Source: Octopus sinensis
Taxonomy: Eukaryota
Direction of reading: 5' to 3'
Assembly (NCBI RefSeq): GCF_006345805.1
Contig: NC_043021.1
Coordinates: 27,962,001-28,026,000, forward strand
Length of the DNA stretch: 64,000 nucleotides
This document shows, in pieces, positions 12,530-25,535 of this stretch (its first letter is position 1; each line of letters begins with the position of its first letter). Made by a program: the position numbers and the translations under genes. The notes beneath the pieces are model-generated. The model saw nothing but the letters and a program-made list of their open reading frames with translations, was not told the DNA's origin and made no database searches.

Positions 12530-13645
12530 AGAAAAAATTTCTGTGCGAATTATGTTATTTTTTGCAGTGTGCACGCGCAAATTTACAGTTCAAATCTAAT
12601 TGAAATGATCTTTTTTATTGTGTAATTTGTGTTTGTGATGACTGTGTTTAAAAACCCGATCTTCGATATAAACTTAAATGAAGTTTTCTCAGAAATTCCG
12701 TCCTTTAGCTTTTCTTTCTAGCATATCTGAGGTGACATTTCCGTCCCCCACCTTAGTTTTTCCTAAATTTATTCCGATTTCTATGTTTGCGATACAGGAG
12801 ATTAGGATTTCACTCACAAAAGGGGTCCTCAATATTTTAATTTTCTCCTTCTCCACACCAAATTCATATTTTACTATTTAAAAATTTTTTTCTTGGTAAT
12901 CCGTGGAGAAAAAAACAGAATACGAATCTTTAAGAATTTTACCCATTACCTCACTACTTTTAAAGAGCTACACATTCTCTATGTTTCACGTTTAACTTTT
13001 TGGAAAGTCAGGAAGGTTCTGTACAAATCTATGTCGTTTACCTGTTGTTTCTAGCATGTCGGGTTTTCTGGTGGTGGTCTGGTACTTTTAAGTCTGCCAT
13101 TTCAGTAGAATTCTACGCATGCGGGAAATACGAGATAAAAGTGAAAGATTGGGAAATTTTAGCTTTTTGAAAACGGGTAGGTGATAGGTGAGCGAGGTGG
13201 GGGAAGGGACACTATGTGTTTCTTTAAGAAAAATTAAACTATAAAAATATATATATTTCGCAGATTTGTAATCTCTGTATATTTCTACGGAGATAACAAC
13301 AACAACAGCAACAAAAACAATAAAATAATATTTAATTCAATAAAAAGTTGCAAATTCAGAAACTGATATGGTGATGGGGTGGGGAATTAAAATTTTGAAA
13401 ACGTAATTTCTGGACAAAATCCTATTAACCCCCTTTCATACGGTGAAACAATACATAGTTTCTGATTCTTCTTAAGAAGGGAAATCACTTTCATTCAAAC
13501 TCATACAAATTATACCCTCCCATTTCAATTTTAAACAAAGAATAACTTCCATTATGCCATATAAACTGTGCTGATTCTGCCCATAAGAAAGGAGCAAATA
13601 ATACAATGTGGCTGTAGGTCATAACACCCTGGCAACGCCGGGATG
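12530..13645 (+). mobile_element. Probable non-autonomous Helitron-like repeat
   Basis: Non-coding; ends in the GC hairpin cctggc-aac-gccggg (13628-13642). The terminal CTAG is lost to the TA run and the 5' limit is uncertain. Confidence 0.4.
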
Positions 13646-13698
<53 letters not shown>

Positions 13699-13726
13699 AT
13701 ATATATAATATATATATATATATATA

Positions 13727-13840
13727 CTTTATTTAAAGCAGCAGAAAATTCAACAAAACCTGTTACTCTGAGTTTCCCGTTGCCGTTCATCGGACAGTTT
13801 TTGCTAGTTTTGTTGAATTTTCTGCTGCTTTAAAATAAAG
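13727..13840. repeat. Fold-back: 33/34-bp inverted arms enclosing a hammerhead
   Basis: ctttatttaaagcagcagaaaattcaacaaaac (13727-13759) vs its reverse complement at 13807-13840. Confidence 0.9.
13755..13801 (-). ncRNA. Minimal type I hammerhead motif, U4C variant
   Basis: aaaactgt CCGATGA acg-gcaa-cgg GAAA ctcagag TA acaggtttt; stem III actc-a-gagt is pseudo-palindromic. Confidence 0.65.
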
Positions 13841-13923
13841 CATATTACTCTACCACTGGTATTTGAGTACTCTTTTTTCCACCTTGATTCACATTTATGT
13901 GTTTACTCCGGTATATCTATATC

Positions 13924-13957
<34 letters not shown>

Positions 13958-14049
13958 ATATAGATATATATATATATATATAATACATTCACACACACAT
14001 ATGTGCATATATATGCGTGTGTATGTGTATGTGTTTGTGAATATGCATA

Positions 14050-14330
14050 TACATTTTAATTGGCATTCCGTCAGTTACAACGACGCGTGTTCCGGTTGAT
14101 CCGATCAACGGAACAGCTGGCTTGCAAAATTAAAGTGCAAGCGGCTGTGTACTCCACATTATGTACATATACCGTTATAAATATTACATATCTTTACGAT
14201 TCAAGTTTAAATTCAGCTAAGGTAGAATATACCTTTCATCCCTTAGTCGATAAAATAGGTACCAGTTGAGCACTTGGGTCTTAACAACAACTCCTCCGAA
14301 ATTGCTGACCTTGTGACAGAATTTGAAACC
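14050..14330 (+). mobile_element. SINE (decayed)
   Basis: gttccggttgatccgatcaacggaacag... and ctttcatcccttagtcgataaaataggtaccagttgagcac; homologous to 47860-47935 and 52620-52760. Confidence 0.65.
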
Positions 14331-14442
14331 AATCTACTCAATAACACTCACATTATCAAACAGAACATTATCCTTCGTCATTAGGATAATGTACTCCCTA
14401 CCTTCGCCCATGTCGCACCACTGTATAAAGATTATCTTGGAG

Positions 14443-14828
14443 CTTTAATTCTCAACCTGGGTCCATGTGACCCCTGTTTTGGACATAAGCTTTTGTGGAA
14501 TCCACGCGAACCAAATAATGAACTGAGGATCTGTAAAAGTATTTTAAGTGTTCCTGAAAAGAAAAATTTGTTTTAGATGCATTACAAGAAACAGCAAAGT
14601 CCCTTTCTCTAAAGTTTTATAGAGTTTAAGATGTTTCTGGCCCCGTAAATATGTTCCCTCAGAGCGCTGTTGTAAACCTACACAAATTAACAGGTGAAAA
14701 ACAAAATAAGAATTTTGAAGGAAATATCCATGAAACTAGTATTTAAACATCGAATGACTATGGGATCCACCTGAATAACATAGAAATCAAAGGATGTCTG
14801 TAGGTCAGAAAATGGTTGGGAACCACTG
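14443..14828. mobile_element. hAT (Charlie-type) MITE
   Basis: Termini ttctcaacctggg (14449) and ggttgggaaccactg (14814-14828), matching the CAGTGGTTCYCAACC hAT TIR type. Confidence 0.55.
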
Positions 14829-15389
14829 GACTATAGGAACAACTCCACTGGAATATATTGATTCTGTCACCATGTCCTCCCGAACTTTTTTCCTTTTGAC
14901 TGTTGCTTCTTCAAAAGTTGATAAAGTCATTTAGATGGATTTCGAGCAACTTCATAACCGGGAGTCAAAAACATCGAAATCTCTACAAGTTTATGAGCAT
15001 CGATCTTCAAAGCAGAACGAATAAAGATATTGAAATCCAACTTTCCATCCATCCATTTTCTCCGCCGGTTGTGGGGTGGGGGTGGGGGTGGGGTGGAAGA
15101 CGGCTGGTTTTAAGCCAATTAAAGGGAATTATTCAAATTGAGTACCGCGCCAAGAGAGAACCCCTTGCACTTTCTCGAGCAGAGGATCTTATCAATTTTC
15201 AGAATATTATTGAAACTAATGGCGGAGCCTCAAACCCACAACGCTTCTTGGCTGGGACTGACGTACTACATGAAGCATAAAACAGGAATCTTCATTTTAG
15301 GAGTGGATGGCCCCCGCTGAAAATTCTCTAACTGGCCCCGCACTTCCTAGCGTCAACCCTGGTCGTAGGGGTAGATTTCACTAGGAGGT

Positions 15390-15585
15390 TTAGCAAATAG
15401 GATCCCTCGATAAAGTCCTATAAGAAGCAAGCGCCATTATATTTTCCAGCAGGATTCTCAAACGTGACCAACTGAGACTATGCATATCCAACCATTTTGT
15501 TAGTCTAACTCGAGGTCTCCCACCCGTTGACTCAGCTTGAAAAGTCAGCCCTGTGATTCTTTCCTGCAACATTCTAATCACTTGT
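15390..15585 (-). mobile_element. RTE-clade LINE 3' coding fragment
   Basis: MLQERITG...GGRPRVRLTKWLD resembles the RTE C-terminal G.R.RGRPR.RW.D motif. Confidence 0.45.
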
Positions 15586-15590
15586 TGAGT

Positions 15591-15886
15591 GGAGGCACAT
15601 GGCCTAGTGGACTTGCGGTCGCGGGATCACGGTTTCGAATCTCAGACCGGGCGATGTGTGTGTTTATGAGCGAAACACCTAAGCTCTAAGCGGCTCCGGC
15701 AGAAGGTAATGGCGAACTTCTGCTGACTCTTTCGCCGCAACTTTCTCTCACTCTTTCCTCCTGCATCTTGCAGCTCACTTGCGACGGACCGGCGTCCCGT
15801 CCAGGTGGGGAACCTATACGCCAAGGAAACTGGGAAACCGGCCCTTATGAGCCAGGCGTGGCTCGTGAAGGAACAAACAAAAACAA
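15591..15886 (+). mobile_element. tRNA-derived SINE with V-domain-like core
   Basis: A box tggcctagtgg, B box ggtttcgaatc, core gcgacggaccggcgtcccgtccaggtgg (15781-15808) and an (aaac)n tail. Confidence 0.75.
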
Positions 15887-16089
15887 TCCCTTGTCCGGAA
15901 TACCGGAGCTGTTACCTTTCAATGCACAGAAATAGAAGCTTGACCTGAAGAGTAGCAATACTTCAGAGATCCTCCGGGCTAACCCCATTTTAGCCGCTTC
16001 TATTCACTTTCGTTGTCTTTCAGACTGATATTGAAATCGATTGAGAATACATTTATTACGAATTATGATTCATAATCACAGTTCTTTTA

Positions 16090-16390
16090 ATTTTTTCAGT
16101 CATAAGACCGTGTCCACGCTGGGGCATCGCCACTAACAATTCTTAGTTGAATGAATCGACCCCAGTACTTTCTTAAGCCTGGCACTTATTCTACCGGTCT
16201 CTTTAGCCGAACTGCTACGTTACGGACACGTAAACAAACCAACACCGGTTGTCTAGCTATGGTGGTGGTGGAGACACTGACACAACCACACACACACACA
16301 CGCACACACATATATAGGGCTACTTTCAGTTTCCGTCTGCCAAATCGATTCATAAAGCATTGGTCGGTCCAATGTTATTGTAACAGACAC
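16090..16390 (-). mobile_element. SINE (decayed, main octopus family)
   Basis: Reverse-complement similarity to 17035-17409. Confidence 0.65.
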
Positions 16391-16860
16391 TTGTCTATCT
16401 AACTAAATTCATTAAAAAATACGTCGGCACTTTCATTTACAAACTGATACGATGAATGAAAAATACACCAAGATTGCAGGCTGATCACATTGGCAATATA
16501 ATGTATTACTGATCTGGTCGATGAAAACTAACCTCAGGCTATACGGATCTGCAATTTCCTATTTATTCAGAAAACACGGACACTCTAGTCCACTTGTCGA
16601 CCACTTATGGACCACTTAGAACCTGGTAAAACTAAAAATCATGGATTGGTTTGTGTTGTATTGAATTTCCTGAGAAACATTTTCTTGCAGTTACTTTTCT
16701 TTTCAGAATATCGATTATCTAAAGTAGACAAACCGAACACTGATGGGTCTTTGTCTTCAACATATGATCTTCAATGATATATATCAAGTGGATTACAGAT
16801 CTAACACGCCCATATACACCTGTACATATAGCCACTTACATAGAAACGTACATGTATATA

Positions 16861-16929
<69 letters not shown>

Positions 16930-17034
16930 GTATATAATTATGAACAAGTCATTGATATATTCATAAATGATCTTATTTATTCATAATATATCCTTCGTAA
17001 TGTTTTTACATTACTCTCTCCTTATATATATATA

Positions 17035-17409
17035 GCAGGATGTGTGGTAAGTAGCTTGCGAACCAACCACATGGTTCCGGGTTCAGTCCTACTGCGTGGC
17101 ATCTTGGGCAAATGTCTTCTGCTATAGCTCAAGGCCGACCAATGCCTTGTGAGTGGATTTGGTAGACGGAAACTGAAAGAAGCCTGTCGTATATATGTAT
17201 ATATATGTGTATGTGTGTGTGTTTGTCCCCCTAGCATTGCTTGAGAACCGATGCTGGTGTGTTTACGTCCCCGTCACTTAGCGGTTCGGCAAAAGAACCG
17301 ATAGAATAAGTACTCGGCTTACAAAGAATAAGTCCCGGGGTCGATTTGCTCGACTAAAGGCGGTGCTCCAGCATGGCCGCAGTCAAATGACTGAAACAAG
17401 TAAAAGAGT
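17035..17409 (+). mobile_element. Full-length tRNA-derived SINE (main family in window)
   Basis: tRNA-like head tgtgtggtaagtagc...ggttccgggttcagtcc, internal TA/TG tract, and 3' half ending gactgaaacaagtaaaagagt. There are many paralogues in the window. Confidence 0.9.
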
Positions 17410-17454
17410 ATATACATATATATATGTATGTATGTATGTATGTATATATATGTA

Positions 17455-17487
<33 letters not shown>

Positions 17488-17599
17488 GAATGTATATATA
17501 GTGAGACATAGACAGTTAGATCGATAGATAGATAGACTGATTGATTAAAAGATATAGACATACATATATTATATGTATATATATATGTATGTATGTATG

Positions 17600-17642
<43 letters not shown>

Positions 17643-17643
17643 A

Positions 17644-17715
<72 letters not shown>

Positions 17716-17718
<3 letters not shown>

Positions 17719-18000
17719 CAACAATTGAGGGTAAAATTAATTAATTATTAATCAATTTCACCAAGTATTCAGTATGTAAAGGGACCATTTTAGGCGAATT
17801 CAAAATATTACATTATATATAAGGGCTTAGTAAAATAAATTACTTTGCCACATACTGAACTCATTAGAAATAGCAGCTAAAGAAATTTCTTCAGCTATTT
17901 CTAATACTTAAAGGAGATCTCTCTCAGATAGTGTTTGCCTAAACCAACTCACAAAGGTATGGGGGAAAAACATTAAAAAATCAAGTGCAAAGGTTATTTG
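17716..18000. repeat. pLTR-type repeat with internal fold-back at 17864-17904
   Basis: Abuts (TA)n. ttagaaatagc...gaaa|tttcttcagctatttctaa is a near palindrome carrying CTGAAGA on the minus strand (17894-17888). Confidence 0.45.
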
Positions 18001-18640
18001 AGAACGTACGTTTCTAGATTAGTCAATTCGACATTTCTTTCGTCAGCTCAGAATTCCTTGAATCGGATTTGGGAACACTGAGAGTTGGGAGCATACCCTT
18101 TCGGCTTCTTATCACCTCTAGAATTCTGCTCGAACTAAAAGTGCTATCAAATTCGAATATGCAAGCGAAGAATTTCTGCTCTCCCCTTTCCACCAGCGTG
18201 GGTTAAAATTGACAAACACCATGTATTAACGGTACATATATATGTATATATTTATATATCAATACTTTAATAAACTATACATCCATATATATATATATAA
18301 ATATATGCATATATTGGTATGTATGTATATGTACATACACACACAGACGCATATGCACAGACACACAGACACACGCACACCCATGTACCCTATATAGTAG
18401 AAATGATATATACAAATACAAGTATTCGCACGAATCTTAATACGTGTGCGCGCGCATGTCCGGATAGGGTATGTATTTCTGAAAAGACAATTATTTAGAC
18501 ATTGTGAACCCCGTGCGTATATAATTACTGCTAACAACCGATTATCTCAATTCATTATACCATACTCTCCATCAATAATGCTCAAAAGTACATATGAATC
18601 TATATGTTCATATGTATGTGTGCGTGTGTGTTTTTGAGTG

Positions 18641-18781
<141 letters not shown>

Positions 18782-18982
18782 CATATATATTTATGTATGT
18801 ATGTATACACGCCTGCACATATGCTCTCAATCACACACACATACACATACTAATACATACATCTATGCAAGTATATATACATGTCTGTACGAATAAACCT
18901 GTGTATACGTACATGTGTGTTTGTGTGTTAAATGAAAACACGCACACACTCTCGCACCCATGTACACATGTATGCAGACACG

Positions 18983-19019
<37 letters not shown>

Positions 19020-19419
19020 CAAGACCAACCTCACACGAACTACCACTTAATGTAATTATACGTTTATGTCTGCGTAACTTTTACGTGTAAACATTTTGAA
19101 GCGCTTGGAATTTCTTCAACTGAATTCTTTGCCGCCGAGTATCGCCGGTTGAAACTTGAACTCGCCTCCCTACGTCGAAGTTTAAACTTTATCACTTCGC
19201 AAGCATTAAAAGTGATTCTTCTGGCTTGTTTTATTACGTTAAATTAATAACAGTTATTTTGTCATTCCTATCGTCAGACCTTATACAGATATATGATTAC
19301 GACACTCACAAAGCAGGACATGCAATTACCATTCATATACCATTTCCATTTCTGCCTGTCCGTCCGTCTTCCTCCCTTCCTCTCTTCATCTCCTTCTCAG
19401 CATATTTTCCTTTTCTTCT

Positions 19420-19620
19420 TCTTTTTTATTTGTTTCAGTCATTAGACTGCAGCCATACTTGAACAATTTTAGTCGAACGAATCGATTATAGTACATTTTT
19501 TCTCTGAAGTTTGGTATTTAGTATATCGTTTCTTGTGACGAACCGCTAGGTTATGGGGACGTAAACCGCTAGGTTATGGGACGTAAACACGGTTGAAAAG
19601 TGGCTGTGCAGGACAAACAC
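19420..19620 (-). mobile_element. SINE 3' half (decayed)
   Basis: tttgtttcagtcattagactgcagccata...gaaccgctaggttatggggacgtaaac; the reverse complement of the main SINE. Confidence 0.65.
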
Positions 19621-19753
19621 AGACACACACACACACACACACCACAACACACACCAACACACACACCACAACCCACACACCTACACACACAAACAAACAA
19701 ACATACATCGCGTGTGTTTTTCATTTTATCTGATTATACGTTCAGGTATAACG

Positions 19754-19801
<48 letters not shown>

Positions 19802-19876
19802 CAGCGTGGAAGGTGTTTATAAGCCATTTAAGAAACACACAAAAGCCGTTCGATTCACTCCAACATTTAAGTTTAA

Positions 19877-19926
19877 TTTGTCAAAATATTTTCGTCGCTA
19901 AAATCCGCGACCTGTTCACTGACAAA
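19877..19926 (-). ncRNA. Minimal type I hammerhead, G3:C8 variant (left arm)
   Basis: Exact mirror of 25486-25535. Confidence 0.75.
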
Positions 19927-20949
19927 GTCCGTGCTGTATCTAAGAAAGTAACAGTTAGTTCGTCATATATATGTACGTATGTATGTGTGTATGTATGCAT
20001 ACATGTGTGTATGTATGTACGTATGCATGTACGCACATACGCCTGTGTGTGCATGTATGTATGTATGTATGTATGTATGTATGTATGTATGTATATATGT
20101 ACGTGTGTGTATAAGCACGCACATACACTCTATAAAACATAAAGTTATCAACCTGTAGCGATGGATGTAGAGTGACCACTCATCACAACGCTATCAAATT
20201 TCAACTCCCTACGGCCGAGGCTAGAAAGTGAATTTATGACGCTTGCTCACAAGAACTATACCCTAAAATCTATTATCAGATTTTTATCTCTATATCACAG
20301 AACTAATGTTTTACTATTGTTCGTATGTATGTATGTATGTATGTATGTATGTATGTATGTATGTATGTATGTATGTATGTATGTATGTATGTGTGTGTGT
20401 ATGTATATACGTACGCATGTGCGTATGTATGTATACGCGCTCGTATGCATGAGGCCCATGTATGTGTGTGCGTACATGTACGTGCGTATGTACGTGTGTA
20501 TGCCCATACGTAGGTATGTATGTATGTTTGTATTCATGTGCTACGTATGTATGTGAGTGTCTAGGAGAATGGGTAGATGTGTCCGTGAGAGTGTGTACAT
20601 GTGTATGTGTATGTGAACGTATGTCCGTGTACTGGCATGTGTCCGTCCAAGTTGTGTACATGACTGTTACTTTGCTGAAGGTTGTATACATATTTACATA
20701 TATGTTAGTATAGACGCACACACATATATATATGTGTGGGTGTGTGTTTGTTCCTCTCATCATCGTCTAACCGTGAATGGATACAACGCCTAGGTGCAAC
20801 TGTTCGTATCAAACAACGTCTGCTCATACCGTTGTATATAACTGCACATACGCATTGCAACCTGTATGTAAGGACTACAGGTGAAAGGGAGAGAGAGAGA
20901 GGGGTGGTTATAGAATAGTCCTCTCTGAATGGGATCTGGATGTTATTCC

Positions 20950-23900
20950 ATTCGGACTTTCGGTTGAGAGTAGGTTGTATTCTTGTATACAAACAGCTTC
21001 TGTGACCTGTCTCAACATTGCATCGGTGGGATGTGTTGATAGGATGTTCAACTTAAGCCTCCCCTAAGGATCCCTTGTGGCAGTCTACAGCATGTTGGTA
21101 GAAGATGGAGTTTGGCTTCCTTTCAATGTAGTTGTCCAGGTGTTCTTTGAACCTATCATTGATGCTTCTAGAGGTCTCACCTATGTATGACTCGGGTTAG
21201 TCGCGCAAGCTCCCTCCTGGCACTTAATCTGGTATACAGTGCCCTTGGTTTTACAATTTACGTGTGGATTTGTCGAACACACTGCACAATTACTCTGACA
21301 GGTGATTCTATCAAATGGATATGATCTGCATAATGCCGATTTGATAGTCCTACCTGTCTTTTCTACAACTTTAACTTTTAGGCCCGTAGTGCGCAGGACT
21401 TTCTTGAATGCCTTACTTAGCTCGTTCTTAGGTGTGGTGTCAACGAACATCACTCGTGAAATCTCCTGTTATCGTACCAAGTAACGTTTCTCATCTTTTT
21501 GTTGGTGTCCCTCTCTAACCTATTCCAGAACTTGTTGCGGTACAGGGGGCATATACCGTTTTCGTCGTTCCCTAGAATGCGTTCGAATCTAGCTTTCGCT
21601 CCTTTGTACACCCTGACTCGATCGTCTTGTGTGTATCCGGAGCGTTGCATTCGGAATATGTAGTGCTGGATGTGTTGTTGTCGTTCTTGTGGTTGGCATA
21701 GTGGTGATACATTCCTCATTACTCTAACTAAGTCTGCCACTAGGATGTTGAGTTTGGCAGTATCCGACATAGCTGAGTCACTACAGATTACTAGTGGATT
21801 AGCCATCGGTTTCTGATAGTGTGAGTGGAGTATACATGGTTTAATGGTACCATTAACCATAGCGTCTTCCATCCATAGCTCAGTATCTAGGACGGGTAAT
21901 CGTTTACTGGGGTGTTTAGAGGGGTAGTCTATGGTAAGTTTTATACTGCTGTGGATAGAGTCAGCTATGTGTTGTATAGATGTCATCACCTGTTCTTCAC
22001 TTGGTAGAGGGCCCATAACTGTGTCTGTATACATTTCACAACAAGGTTAATGTCGTCGTACGTAACGAGAGTACATAGCCAAGTGGATGTTACGGTTTGC
22101 TAGGCACTGTTTAAAACGCTTGTCCCACCATACCATGAAGAGGTTAGCAACGTCACCGGCGATCCCCACTCCAATAGCACCGCCTTTCGTTTGCTTATAC
22201 AGTTTGTTGTCAAATTTAAAAATATGTGTTTTTAGCGTAAATCTCAGGCTGACACCGATAGCATGTGCGATGGTGGTTCTAATATCGTGTGCACTTGCGG
22301 GTGGGTAGTCCGGCTTTGTCCATCCCTGCCAACGCTCACAGTGAGTCTTCCTGTAAGCCGAGGTAATGGTAGGTGGTCTACCGCGTTTGTTACGGGTGGG
22401 ACAAGCATATAGAAGGTTATTGCGCGACAGGTATTCATTGGTACACGTCAGGGCCAGGAAGAGCCCTAGTTCATATACATCCACATTCTTAAATATCATA
22501 CCACTCTCACTAACTATTTCTATACATTTATCGACAGCAAAGTCTATATCGATGGAGGGGTATAGTGATACCACATCCATGCTACCCACGATGTGGTCTT
22601 GAGGTCACACGTGTTGTTGCATTCGCGGATCCTGCTAAGGAGGTCCTCAGTACTGTCACATACATCCGCAGATAGTTCTATTAACGGTCGTAGGAATTGT
22701 GAGAGAAAGTATATATTTGTGGTTGTTTGCATTGTTGGCACCACAAACGGGTCGGGTGGGTGGCCCAAGTATATGGTCCGTGTGGCTCTTGTGATCTTTG
22801 CGAAGGCCATATAGGGGTGGGATTTCGTTGTTGGTGGTTAAGAAGTTGTTAGCTGTGCGCTTCTCCGACTGGAGAATTATAATCCACATCCCCATGTGAG
22901 CATTGACGATCTTTTCGTTCTCGATATAATCGAGTGTTGTGGTTTCTGTCATGTCTCTGATATGTGGTTGCATGTTCGAGATGTAATTAGGTATGTTGTC
23001 AACAGACATCCTACCTGATTTGTCAGTCGGGAAACATACAATCTCTCTGTTTTTGATGCGTCTTTTTAATATGTTAAGGCCTTTCTTAATTTTGGTGTTA
23101 AGATCGTGGGTCTTATTTACTGATCGTTCTTGTATCTGCCTTTGGGTGTAATTGGAGAAGGCTGATAGAATCTTGGCTTTAGTAAGTGTAAACTTCGCTT
23201 CCAAAGCAGCGTCAGTATAGGGTGGCATGCATACTCTTTTGTTGAAGGGTAAGTTGGTAGGGTAGACCCTTTTCATGTCGAATGACATGTCACGTTTATC
23301 ATAAAAGCAACGGTTATAGTCAGGCATGTATTGTGTGTCAGGATTTTGGTTGTGGTTTTGGTTAAAGTGTGTTCTCCATCTAAGTTTGGTGAAGCACTTT
23401 TCAATGTCAGATAGTATAGAGATCTTACTAACCTTATTATACGTGGCGAACTTTGGAGGAAGTTCCAGGGCCGCGAGTTCATTAGTATCCAGGTGTACTC
23501 CACCTTACACTCTTACGTTACTTGTTAGCTGGTCGTCCTCTACTGGTTTGTCGTTCATAGAGATCCCATCAATCGATTCAGTTTTGACAAACTGTTTAGT
23601 TGTTTTTTGGTTGTATGGTAGTTGTATCGTCCATGTCAGTTTCTCTTCAAAGTGTTGTACGCACCTGTTCCATACAGAGTTACTTTCACGACGGAGTAGT
23701 TCTTTCAACTGTTTGAATTCTTGATAGTAAGAAGTAAGTCCTTCACTTTAGCGAGGGCATCTCGCTTTTCCTTGTCTTTAGTGGCAAGGTGTTGTGTATA
23801 GCTCGGACTTCAGGTCGTCATTAAATACGTTTTAGTCTCGACGCTTGTCCCTTCTTCAGGTTCAGTGCTTCGACTGTATTGTAAATCCTTTTCGGGTAAA
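20950..23900 (-). pseudogene. PLE polyprotein (N-terminus, reverse transcriptase, GIY-YIG endonuclease), disrupted
   Basis: Stitched frames: LPPKFATY..KLRW; VCFPTDKSGR; PPLYGLRKDHK..GPPTRPVCGA; GSMDVVSLYPSID; QTKGGAIGVGIAGDVANLFMVWWD; MYSRYV(DD); LPVLDTELW; C..C..C..C...VYQIKC..YIGETSRSINDRFKEH; LNRKSEW. There is one TAA (23505-23507) and several frameshifts. Confidence 0.92.
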
Positions 23901-25485
23901 AGTTCAACAAGTTCTGGAATAGGTTAGAGAGGGACAACCAACAAAAAGATGAGAAACGTTACTTGGTACGATATACAGGAGATTTCACGGAGTGATGTTC
24001 GTTGACGCCACCCTAAGAACGAGCTAAGTAAGGCATTCAAGAAAGTCCTGCGCACTACGGGCCTAAAAGTTAAAGTTGTAGAGAAAAGACAGTAGGACTA
24101 TCAAATCGGCATTATGCAGATCATATCCATTTGATAGAATCACCTGTCAGAGTAATTGTGCAGTGTGTTCGACAAATCCACACGTAAATTGTAAAACCAA
24201 ATTAAGTGCCAGGAAGGAGCTTGCGCGGCTAACCCGGAGTCATACATAGGTGAGACCTCTAGAAGCATCAATGATAGGTTCAAAGAACACCTGGACAACT
24301 ACATTGAAAGGAAGCCAAACTCCATCTTCTACCAACATGCTGTAGACTGCCACAAGGGATCCTTAGGGGAGCTTAAGTTGAACATCCTATCAACACATCC
24401 CACCGATGCAATTTGAGACAGGTCACAGAAGCTGTTTGTATACAAGAATACAAACCTACTTCAACCGAAAGTCCGAATGGAATAACATCCAGAACCCATT
24501 CAGAAGGACTATTCTATAACCACCCCTCTCTCTCTCTCCCTTTCACCTGTAGTCCTTACATACAGGTTGCAATGCGTATGTGCAGTTATATACAACGGTA
24601 TGAGCAGACGTCGTTTGATACGAACAGTTGCACCTAGGCGTTGTATCCATTCACGGTTAGACGATGATGAGAGGAACAAACACACACCCACACACATATA
24701 TATATATGTGTGTGCGTCTATACTAACATATATGTAACTAGTATACAACCTTCAGCAAAGTAACAGTCATGTACACAACTTGGACGGACACATGCCAGTA
24801 CACGGACATACGTTCACATACACATACACATGTACACACTCTCAGGACACATCTACCCCATCTCCTAGACACTCACATACATACGTAGCACATGAATACA
24901 AACATACATACATACCTACGTATGGGCATACACACGTACATACGCACGTACATGTACGCACACACATACATGGGCACATGCATACGAGCGCGTATACATA
25001 CATACGCACATGCGTACGTATATACATACATACATACATACATACATACATACATACATACATACATACATACATACATACATACATACATACGAACAAT
25101 AGTAAAACATTAGTTCTGTGATATAGAGATAAAAATCTGATAATAGATTTTAGGGTATAGTTCTTGTGAGCAAGCGTCATAAATTCACTTTCTAGCCTCG
25201 GCCGTAGGGAGTTGAAATTTGATAGCGTTGTGATGAGTGGTCACTCTACATCCATCGCTACAGGTTGATAACTTTATGTTTTATAGAGTGTATGTGCGTG
25301 CTTATACACACACGTACATATATACATACATACATACATACATACATACATACATACATGCACACACAGGCGTATGTGCGTACATGCATACGTACATACA
25401 TACACACATGTATGCATACATACACACATGCATACGTACATATATATGACGAACTAACTGTTACTTTCTTAGATACAGCACGGAC

Positions 25486-25535
25486 TTTGTCAGTGAACAG
25501 GTCGCGGATTTTAGCGACGAAAATATTTTGACAAA
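25486..25535 (+). ncRNA. Minimal type I hammerhead, G3:C8 variant (right arm)
   Basis: tttgtca GTGAACA g gtcgc-ggatttta-gcgac GAAA atat T T tgacaaa: 7-bp stem I, 5-bp stem II, palindromic stem III aatatt. Confidence 0.75.

Noticed and set aside
15591-17120. tRNA genes at A/B-box-like motifs
   Set aside because: These are SINE heads followed by SINE bodies; no cloverleaf can be drawn.
20950-23900. Selenoprotein-coding PLE
   Set aside because: Cys positions in the endonuclease are TGT/TGC, the one nonsense codon I found is TAA, and I could not draw a SECIS in the 3' UTR.
25220-25262. GTGATGA within a long hairpin in the PLE arm
   Set aside because: GAAA lies upstream without the required stems; no hammerhead topology fits.
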